64,000 nt of DNA from Elainellaceae cyanobacterium (GTDB lineage Bacteria; Cyanobacteriota; Cyanobacteriia; CAZCXK01). The stretch is taken from the NCBI GenBank assembly GCA_051117555.1, contig JBNPEG010000184.1:24-64023 (forward strand). The letters run 5' to 3'. The notes under the pieces were generated by a model. It was given only the letters and a program-made list of their open reading frames with translations. It was not told the DNA's origin and did not search any database. Positions 56,619 through 64,000 of this stretch are shown here, piece after piece (within the stretch, counting starts at the first letter, position 1; every line of letters starts with the position of its first letter). Both the position numbers and the translations under genes were made by a program.

Positions 56619-58445
56619 ATGACACTCACCCAACATTCTCCACTGAGTCGCCAGCCAAAATCTCGGCAAATTTCTCGAACGGTCGGCAAGTCCTTTCGTT
56701 CGCTCATTATCATGCTGATTGTGTTGCTCGTCTTACCCGTTGGAATGGGAAGCCGCCTAGCCTACTTGCAGCTCGTTCAGGGCGATCGCAACCGACAGCT
56801 TGCAGAAGATAACCGAATTCGGCTAATTCCAAAGAACCCTGAGCGGGGCAAAATTTTAGATCGCAACGGCAAAATTCTAGTCGGAAGTCGACTTTCTTAT
56901 TCGGTGTATTTGTGGCCCATCAGCAACACGCAACGCGAATGGACATTAATTATCTGTCGGCTTGCTCAGATTTTGGAAATTCCAACCGATGAAATTCAAA
57001 AGCGTTTAGGCCAAGCCGGATATGAGTCTCCATTTCTCGTCAGAATTGCGAGAGGAATTAGTCCCGCCAAACTCACTGCTCTCGCTGAGTATAGCCAAGA
57101 ACTTAAAGGAGTTCAGGTTGAAGCTGAAACTGAGCGTAACTATCCCTATGGCGATTTAGCAGCGCACGTCTTGGGCTACACCGGGGAGATGAGCGATGAT
57201 GAGCTCCATCGATATCAAGAGCGGGGATATCGTTTGGGAGACGTGATCGGTCAGATGGGCGTCGAGGCTGCATTTGAGCCTCGCTTACGAGGGGAATGGG
57301 GTGGCCAGCAAGTCGAGGTTGATGGTGCAGGACGCGTTTTAAGGATATTAGGAGAAAAACCCTCTCAACCCGGAAATGATGTGCAATTGACTCTCGATAT
57401 AAGCGTTCAACAAGCCGCTGAGAAGGCTTTAGGCGATCGCATAGGGGCGATTGTAGCGCTTGATCCACGTAACGGTGCCGTGCTGGCGATGGTGAGTCGC
57501 CCTGCCTTTGATCCCAATATTTTTTCAACTCACATCACCGATGCTCAATGGCAGCAGCTCCAGAGCAAAGAATATCCATTCCTCAACCGTGCCCTCCAAG
57601 GCTATCCGCCTGCTAGCACATTTAAGATTGCAACAACGACCGCCGCGATCGAGTCGGGGCGATTTTCTCCAAGGACAGTATTGCAAACATATCCCTTTGT
57701 TACAGCTGGGGGAATTCAGTTTTGGGATTGGAACCGAGCCGGATTTGGTCCGTTGGGATTCATTGGTGCGATGGCATGGAGCAGCGACACCTTTTTCTAT
57801 CAAACTGCGATGCGCATGGGCGAGCAACCGTTAATCCAATGGACTCGCCGATATGGGTTTGGGCAAAAGACAGGCATTGAAATTGCGAATGAAGAGTCTC
57901 CCGGTCTAGTCCCAGACGAAGAGTGGAAACTAGAGGAAATTGGCGAACCGTGGTACCAGGGAGACACCATTAATATGTCAATTGGTCAAGGATATATGCA
58001 ATCCTCGCCGCTACAGGTCGCCGTCATGTTTGCGGTGGTTGCTAATGGGGGCGATCGCGTCACCCCTCACCTCCTTAAAGACAACGAAGCCGCTCAAACC
58101 TGGCGAGAGTCAATCGGGCTACAACCCGAAACGCTACGAGTGTTGCAGAAAGGTCTGCGCCAGGTAATCACCGGGGGAACAGGCACTGCCCTAAATGTAT
58201 CAACACTGCCTCCCGTAGCAGGTAAGAGCGGTACTGCCGAAGATCCGCCCCGTGATTCTCATACGTGGTTTGGGGCATATGCGCCCTATGACAATCCAGA
58301 AATTGTTGTTGTCGCATTTGGGGAGAACTCTGGCGGCGGCGGTGGTTCGGTGGCGGCTCCAATGGTTCGCCACGTTTTAGAAGCTTATTTCAATGGAACT
58401 CAACCAACCGAATCAGCGACACCGTCCTCCACAGTCACCGACTAA
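56619..58445 (+). CDS. mrdA: Penicillin-binding protein 2 (elongasome transpeptidase).
   Basis: It has an N-terminal TM anchor. The class B PBP motifs are ASTFK (SxxK), SSD (SxN) and KSGTA (KTG-like). The PBP2 dimerisation-domain block is RNGKILVGSRLSY. Confidence 0.85.
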   Translation: MTLTQHSPLSRQPKSRQISRTVGKSFRSLIIMLIVLLVLPVGMGSRLAYLQLVQGDRNRQLAEDNRIRLIPKNPERGKILDRNGKILVGSRLSYSVYLWPISNTQREWTLIICRLAQILEIPTDEIQKRLGQAGYESPFLVRIARGISPAKLTALAEYSQELKGVQVEAETERNYPYGDLAAHVLGYTGEMSDDELHRYQERGYRLGDVIGQMGVEAAFEPRLRGEWGGQQVEVDGAGRVLRILGEKPSQPGNDVQLTLDISVQQAAEKALGDRIGAIVALDPRNGAVLAMVSRPAFDPNIFSTHITDAQWQQLQSKEYPFLNRALQGYPPASTFKIATTTAAIESGRFSPRTVLQTYPFVTAGGIQFWDWNRAGFGPLGFIGAMAWSSDTFFYQTAMRMGEQPLIQWTRRYGFGQKTGIEIANEESPGLVPDEEWKLEEIGEPWYQGDTINMSIGQGYMQSSPLQVAVMFAVVANGGDRVTPHLLKDNEAAQTWRESIGLQPETLRVLQKGLRQVITGGTGTALNVSTLPPVAGKSGTAEDPPRDSHTWFGAYAPYDNPEIVVVAFGENSGGGGGSVAAPMVRHVLEAYFNGTQPTESATPSSTVTD

Positions 58446-58574
58446 GGGGAGATTAACGATGATTCTTCGATTGATCGCGCAGAAAACCGTAATAAATTCT
58501 CAAGAAAACCGAACTCTGGTTAACTGACACAGGGCAGGGTACCCAGATATAATGTAGTTAAGAAAACAAAGCGA

Positions 58575-58958
58575 GGGGCTGTAACGGTTTCGACGTTTTG
58601 GCGAAAGCTACCTTATGACGCAGGTCGAGAGTGAGTCTACTCTCGTAAATCAAGACTCAAACAAAAAGTAAGTGCGAATAACATCGTTCCTTTTGCTCGC
58701 AAAGCGGCTCCTGTTGCTGCTTAATTAAAACTCTTCGCGAGCGCTCATAGCTTGACTCCGTTAAGGGCTATGGGCACAACCCCAACGGATGCTCTAGTCG
58801 TTTGTCTCTGGTCAACGGCTAGCTAAGACTTCACCAGAGAATCCCTATCGTTCGGGATAATGAACGATTCCCGCCTTGAGGACAAGATAGGCTAAACCTG
58901 TGAATGAATGAGGTATTAATACCCAGAGCGGACACGGGTTCGACTCCCGTCAGCTCCA
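58575..58958 (+). ncRNA. ssrA: tmRNA (SsrA), standard one-piece form. The tag reading frame encodes ANNIVPFARKAAPVAA.
   Basis: The 5' end is GGGGCTGTAACGGTTTCGACG and the 3' tRNA-like end is GGACACGGGTTCGACTCCCGTCAGCTCCA. The internal ORF gcgaataacatcgttccttttgctcgcaaagcggctcctgttgctgcttaa gives a cyanobacterial-type tag. Confidence 0.95.
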
Positions 58959-59016
58959 TTATTGGTTAGGTCTTGGCAGTTAGCTCTGCATCATCAAAGT
59001 TAGTGTTATCGAGTAG

Positions 59017-59045
59017 AGGAGTGCTTACAAAAGCACTCTTTTTTG
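59017..59045 (+). terminator. Intrinsic terminator downstream of ssrA.
   Basis: The hairpin ggagtgctt-acaaa-agcactc is followed by tttttt. Confidence 0.65.
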
Positions 59046-59387
59046 CATAGCGAACATGCGGCCACACAGTGTTCATAACTGTTAAGAATTTCTAACCCAT
59101 CTTCTGAATTTTGAAATCCTTAATTATCCGTAAACGCCTCTGTCGAAAATCTGCGAATTTCACATATCAAATTGCGCTCACAACCAAAGTTATTGGGGCA
59201 AATTCCCGATCACGGCGAATATATCTGAAAAATTTAAAACTAGGGTTAATGTCTGCCGAGGAGAGTGTCGACGTGAAGTGTATTAGATTCGATCACCTTT
59301 GAGCGTGTCTTTGATGATCATTATGGATTATGAAAGTCTCAAGGTATTTATCTATAGATCGTGGAAAATCTAACTGAGACTACAAAT

Positions 59388-59444
59388 ATAGCAATCCTAG
59401 ATGGGTTGTGAGCGGTGGGGCGGGCAGACAGCCCCACCGCTCAC
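59388..59444 (+). promoter_or_regulatory. A 22-bp motif tatagcaatcctagatgggttg (also present at 32148-32169) is followed by a perfect 13-bp-stem hairpin gtgagcggtgggg-N11-ccccaccgctcac. The pair lies upstream of the histidine kinase gene.
   Basis: The 22-mer is identical at both sites, each upstream of a plus-strand gene. The hairpin has no U-run, so it is not a canonical terminator. Confidence 0.4.
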
Positions 59445-59490
59445 ACACCATTCACAAGCGATTTAGGATCGCTATAGTTAATCAAACGAA

Positions 59491-62400
59491 TTGTCTACGC
59501 CCAAAGCTTTAATCGTGATGCACACTGTGCATAGCACCATGATGACCTCGCTTGATCAGATCATTCAGCCCTGTCCAATTGTTGTTTCATCTCAAACACT
59601 GGCAGAACAGGTCGTTTCACTGATGAGCCAACATGAATTGAGCTATGCAATCATTGCAGATGCAGGTCAAATCAAAGGCATCTTCACCGAGCGGGATTTA
59701 GTTCGCGTAGTGGCAACAAAAAAGTTTTCGCTAGAATTGCCCATTTCAGATTTGATGGTATCTGCTGTTATTATCTTCAACATTGATCTAGATCAACTCA
59801 ATATTGAAGGGATTCTCCAGCGAATGAGACAGCATCAAATCCAACAGTTGCCAGTTGTGGATGCCCACAATCAGCTTCTGGGAGTCATAACCGATGCCAA
59901 TCTGGTGCGATCGCTCGATTCCGACAAACATCCTGCCCAGATAAAAGCGTCATACCCCAACGATCTTGACAATACGCGCAGGACTCAGTCCTTGCAAGAA
60001 AGCGAGGAATGCCTTCGGTCTATTTTAGATAGTTCACCCTATTCTATTTTTCTCAAAGATTTGCAGGGGCGATACATCTATGCCAACTCTGCTTATCAGC
60101 GCATGACCCAGCTTCGTCAAGACCAGCTCATTGACAAAACTGACTTTGATATTCTCTCAAATGAAGCAGCATTAGGGTGTCAGGCCAGCGACAATGCGGC
60201 GTTGACATCCGATCATCCTCTCGTGTTTGAAGAACAGGTGCCCCTTGCCGAAGGACTATGCACACTGCTGATGACAAAATTTCCGTTACGCGATTCCGAT
60301 CATCATCCATTTGCAGTGTGTGGTATTGCGCTCGATATTACTGAACGCAGGCGGGCTGAGGAAATTTTGTGCCAGCGGGAGCAAGAATTTCGAGCGTTGG
60401 TTGAAAATTCTCCTGACATCATTTCTCGACTCGATCCAGACCATCGATTTGTTTATGTCAATCCTGCTGTGGAAAGAGCGACTGGCATTCCGATGACGGA
60501 CTGGATTGGCAAGACGGAACTGGAGTTGGGCTTTCCAGAAGACATTGTAAATCCTTGGCACGTTGCCCTACAGCACGTATTTGAGACGGGTGACGAACTC
60601 GTTTATGAATCAGATTTTCCATCACCCGATGGAGCAAAGTATTGGTCAATCCGGATGGTTCCAGAGTTGGGTGAAGATGGCTCGGTTCAGACTGTTTTGA
60701 ACATTGGTCGAGACATTACTGGCTATAAGTACGCCGAACTTGAACGGATTCGGAATCACGATTTGCGAGAGGCAATTTTTCACAAATCAGCCGATGCAAT
60801 CTTTGTTGTCGATCCTGACACGCTATCAATTATGGATTGTAATGAGCGAGCCGTCGAATTATTTGAAGCCGACGATAAAAGCGCCCTATTGAATATCAAA
60901 GGCTATATGCTCCACAAGCATTCATTTAAGCCTGCTGAGATCGAACAGAGCAGACGTGCGGTTGATCATCAGCATTTTTGGAGCCAAGAGGTTGAATATG
61001 TAACCTTAAAAGGACATGAATTTTGGGGAAATTTAGCGGCAACGCAAATTTGTGTGGCAGATCAGACGTTTCACCTAGTACGAGTCACAGATATCAGCGA
61101 TCGCAAACGCAGTGAAGAATCTTTGAGGAAATATGAACGCATCATTGCTGCGAGTACTGATGGAGTGGCATTGGTAGATACTAACTACGTCTATCAAGTG
61201 GCAAATCAAGCGCATCTTGACTGGCATCGACTAGGGCGCAGCGACGTCTTAGGGCATACCGTTGCAGATTTGATTGGGAATGAGGTTTTTGAATCGGTGA
61301 TTCGAGAGCCACTAGACCAGTGCTTATCCGGGCAGACTGTTCAGTATGAGAACTGGTTTCCCTATCCCAATACTGGGCACCACTTCATGAACGTCACTTA
61401 TTATCCCTATATTGATGAAGCAGGAGAAATCACCGGGGCAGTGGTGAGCATCCGAAATTTGACTGCATTGAAGGAAGCTGAAATTGCGCTGCGTGAGAGT
61501 GAAGAGCGTTTTCGTCGCGTTTTTGAAGATACAGCCGTTGGCATGGCGATCGCACGTTTGGATGGGCGATTAATCCAGGTAAATCAAGCCCTATGCGATA
61601 TTGTTGGCTACTCTGAAGCAGACTTGCTAACCAAAGTCGTTCAAGATTTTACTCATCCAGACGACCTTGAACGTGAGCTTGAGTATCTTCAACAGCTTAT
61701 TAACAACACGATTTTCTACTACCACATCGAGAAGCGATATATCCATAAACAAGGCCATATTGTTTGGGTATTGCTGAGCGTGTCGTTGGTTCGAGATGCC
61801 CACGGCAGTCCATCTCACGTCATTGGTATTGCTCAAGACATTAGCGATCGCAAAGAAATTGATCGCATGAAAGATGAGTTTATTTCTATCGTGAGCCATG
61901 AACTTCGGACTCCTCTTACCGCAATTCAAGGATCGCTCGGAATCTTAGCAACGGGTATTTACGATAAAAATCCTACAAAAGCCAGGCGCATGTTAGAGAT
62001 TGCGGCGCTTGATACAGAACGATTAGCGCGTTTAGTCAACGACATTCTTGATCTTGAACGTCTCGAATCAGGAAAAGTCGAATTGGTGATGCAATCCTGT
62101 CAGGTTGCTGATTTGCTTCAGCAATCCGTTGAAGCGATGCAAAGCATTGCAGAGGATGCCAACGTTTCGCTTGTGTGTCAGCCTATTCCAGTCATGGTGA
62201 GGGCTGCCCCCGATGCGATTATTCAAACCTTGACTAATCTGATTAGCAATGCCATCAAGTTTTCACCCAGCCATTCTGTCGTCACTGTTTCAGCGATTCC
62301 CGCAGAAAGTTTTATTCGGTTTCAAATTGCCGATCAAGGGCGTGGTGTTCCACCTGAGAAATTTGACAGTATCTTTAAGCGATTCGAGCAAGTCGATGCT

Positions 62401-62580
62401 TCAGACTCGCGCCAAAAAGGAGGAACGGGCTTGGGGTTAACCATTTGCCAGACGATTGTCGAACAGCATGGTGGAAAAATTTGGGTCGACAGTGTTCTCA
62501 ATCAGGGAAGTACCTTTTATTTCACAATTCCGAGAGACAACGGTTCATCGAGAGCCTCCGACATAGACCTGATTGGCTGA
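59491..62580 (+). CDS. Multi-sensor signal-transduction histidine kinase (CBS pair, several PAS/PAC domains, HisKA, HATPase_c).
   Basis: The N-terminus has a CBS pair. Repeated PAS/PAC blocks (DITERRRAEE, DISDRKRSEE, DISDRKEIDRMK linkers) are present. The H-box is FISIVSHELRTPLTAIQG, and the N, G1 and G2 boxes (NLISNAIKFS, DQGRGV, GGTGLGLTI) are present. Confidence 0.9.
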   Translation: MSTPKALIVMHTVHSTMMTSLDQIIQPCPIVVSSQTLAEQVVSLMSQHELSYAIIADAGQIKGIFTERDLVRVVATKKFSLELPISDLMVSAVIIFNIDLDQLNIEGILQRMRQHQIQQLPVVDAHNQLLGVITDANLVRSLDSDKHPAQIKASYPNDLDNTRRTQSLQESEECLRSILDSSPYSIFLKDLQGRYIYANSAYQRMTQLRQDQLIDKTDFDILSNEAALGCQASDNAALTSDHPLVFEEQVPLAEGLCTLLMTKFPLRDSDHHPFAVCGIALDITERRRAEEILCQREQEFRALVENSPDIISRLDPDHRFVYVNPAVERATGIPMTDWIGKTELELGFPEDIVNPWHVALQHVFETGDELVYESDFPSPDGAKYWSIRMVPELGEDGSVQTVLNIGRDITGYKYAELERIRNHDLREAIFHKSADAIFVVDPDTLSIMDCNERAVELFEADDKSALLNIKGYMLHKHSFKPAEIEQSRRAVDHQHFWSQEVEYVTLKGHEFWGNLAATQICVADQTFHLVRVTDISDRKRSEESLRKYERIIAASTDGVALVDTNYVYQVANQAHLDWHRLGRSDVLGHTVADLIGNEVFESVIREPLDQCLSGQTVQYENWFPYPNTGHHFMNVTYYPYIDEAGEITGAVVSIRNLTALKEAEIALRESEERFRRVFEDTAVGMAIARLDGRLIQVNQALCDIVGYSEADLLTKVVQDFTHPDDLERELEYLQQLINNTIFYYHIEKRYIHKQGHIVWVLLSVSLVRDAHGSPSHVIGIAQDISDRKEIDRMKDEFISIVSHELRTPLTAIQGSLGILATGIYDKNPTKARRMLEIAALDTERLARLVNDILDLERLESGKVELVMQSCQVADLLQQSVEAMQSIAEDANVSLVCQPIPVMVRAAPDAIIQTLTNLISNAIKFSPSHSVVTVSAIPAESFIRFQIADQGRGVPPEKFDSIFKRFEQVDASDSRQKGGTGLGLTICQTIVEQHGGKIWVDSVLNQGSTFYFTIPRDNGSSRASDIDLIG

Positions 62581-62926
62581 CAAACCTAACGATACTGGCG
62601 GCTGTTCGCGAAGCGTCCCGCAGGGTAACCGCGCCTAGTTACAAAATGAACGTGTATGGCCCTCCCGCGCCGCGAGTGGGCTACACACAAATCTGAGGTT
62701 GTAGGGCTATAAGTAGGGCTATACGTGGCGATCGCATCCCTTTCTTCCCGACTTCTTCCCGTTGTGTTGACATACTTAAGGCAAGAGACAGTCAACGTTT
62801 CAGTAGCAGCGTCTCTCTGTCCGACAGGGAAAACGACAGAAGCGACGATGAGTGAGAAGCGACAGTGAGTGATTCAGCTTTACGTATACTGCGGTTTCGA
62901 TGAATAGTCCTTTAAGGGAGCCTATC

Positions 62927-64000
62927 ATGATATTCAACTACAACTATTCTGCTTTACTTCTAGCCACTATCCTGGCATCGTTAGGAATTGCTAGCAGTCC
63001 CATACTTTTTGTAAATCCAGTCTATTCTCAGGAAACGGAATCGATTATACCTGAAACTAGATCAGGCGCGATCGCCCCTTTACTCAACAATCTGGGTGAC
63101 TATCAGTTTCCTATTTCAACTAACAATATCTTGACCCAACATTTTTTTAATCAGGGCATGATTCTTGCCTATGGCTTTAACCATGCAGAAGCAGCTCGGT
63201 CATTTCGGGAAGCGGCTCGCCATGATTCGACCTGTGCCATGTGCTACTGGGGGTTGGCATATTCGCTGGGTCCAAACATCAATGCCGCAATGGAGGCTGA
63301 TGATGTTCCTACCGCTTACGACGCCATTCAACAGGCGATCGCCCTCAAAGACTACGCCACCGAGCGAGAGCAAGCCTATATCGAGGCAATGGCAGACCGA
63401 TATGTGGCTGCCCCCGTCGATGACCGCTCTGAGCTAGATTTGGCCTATACCGATGCCATGCGCGCCGTGGCGCAGCGCTATCCCGATGACGCAGATGCAC
63501 AGACTCTATTTGCCGAAGCGTTGATGGATACCATGCCCTGGGACTACTGGACGGATGAGGGGGATGCCAAGCCTGACACCATTGAAGTACTTAGCACCCT
63601 AGAATCTACGATTGAGAAATACCCCAACCATCTGGGTGCCCTCCACTTTTATATTCATGCGGTCGAGAAAGAAAGACCTGAATTGGGCGTCGAAGCTGCC
63701 GACCGCTTAGGAGATTTGGCCCCCGGAGCCGGGCATTTGGTGCATATGCCCTCCCATATTTACATTCGGGTGGGGCGCTATCACGATGCCGTGGTCGCAA
63801 ACCAAGAGGCCGCCGCCGCCGACCAAGCGTATGTAACCCAGTGCCATGCTCAAGGGATTTATCCGGCTGCTTATATGCCGCACAACCATCATTTCCTCAA
63901 CTTCGCGGCGATCATGGCAGGACAAAAAGAGGTAGCGATGGAGTCGGCTTACCAGACCTCCCAGATGGCCGATCAAGACCTGATGCGGCAGGTGGGCTAT
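62927..64000 (+). CDS. Secreted helical-repeat (TPR-like) protein, 3'-partial. It runs off the window end.
   Basis: I translated this manually from the ATG at 62927. No stop occurs through 64000 (about 358 codons), so it is absent from the ORF track. The signal peptide is MIFNYNYSALLLATILASLGIASSPILFVNPVYSQE. It is an Ala-rich helical repeat protein with coding-like codon usage. Confidence 0.6.
   Translation, partial: MIFNYNYSALLLATILASLGIASSPILFVNPVYSQETESIIPETRSGAIAPLLNNLGDYQFPISTNNILTQHFFNQGMILAYGFNHAEAARSFREAARHDSTCAMCYWGLAYSLGPNINAAMEADDVPTAYDAIQQAIALKDYATEREQAYIEAMADRYVAAPVDDRSELDLAYTDAMRAVAQRYPDDADAQTLFAEALMDTMPWDYWTDEGDAKPDTIEVLSTLESTIEKYPNHLGALHFYIHAVEKERPELGVEAADRLGDLAPGAGHLVHMPSHIYIRVGRYHDAVVANQEAAAADQAYVTQCHAQGIYPAAYMPHNHHFLNFAAIMAGQKEVAMESAYQTSQMADQDLMRQVGY

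Noticed and set aside
59111-59302. A 63-aa ORF downstream of ssrA.
   Set aside because: It lies in an AT-rich low-complexity tract with no RBS or motif. I kept only a mention in the tmRNA-locus finding.

Overview
This is a cyanobacterial chromosomal window. The HIP1 octamer GCGATCGC recurs throughout coding and intergenic sequence, the tmRNA carries a cyanobacterial-type tag peptide, and the gene content is typical of the phylum. About 50 coding regions, two CAU-anticodon tRNAs (one initiator-type, one elongator Met or Ile2), one tmRNA and several tandem-repeat arrays are supported. Most of the window is housekeeping: gyrA, queG, a leuD-like gene, pyrE-like, rsmB, the yqeK-rsfS pair, mrdA (PBP2), a potABCD-like polyamine ABC importer with duplicated binding proteins, a CBS/PAS histidine kinase, TetR and CheY-like regulators. 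The segment at about 2.1-12.6 kb is the stand-out accessory region. It holds two tandem paralogous proteins with canonical double-glycine leaders (about 115-aa cores of no recognisable family), a C39-peptidase ABC exporter with intact catalytic residues, a HlyD adaptor, a His-rich CPH-type P1B ATPase and a 757-aa domain-less protein facing inward. The segment is bracketed by a 46-bp inverted near-identical structured motif sitting in the 5' leaders of the two inward-facing transcription units, and preceded by a 42-bp tandem array of CTCTTTAAAGAG palindromes. I consider this the best candidate for an undescribed export and regulatory system. Other points of interest are a second HlyB-like exporter with an N-terminal cNMP-binding domain and a degenerate C39-like domain coupled to a parvulin-like gene, tandem GTPase-DUF697 paralogs next to tRNA-fMet, a 41-bp periodic GATTGT array in a divergent promoter, and a 22-bp motif shared by two distant promoters. 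No CRISPR array, transposase, integrase or prophage genes were recognised.
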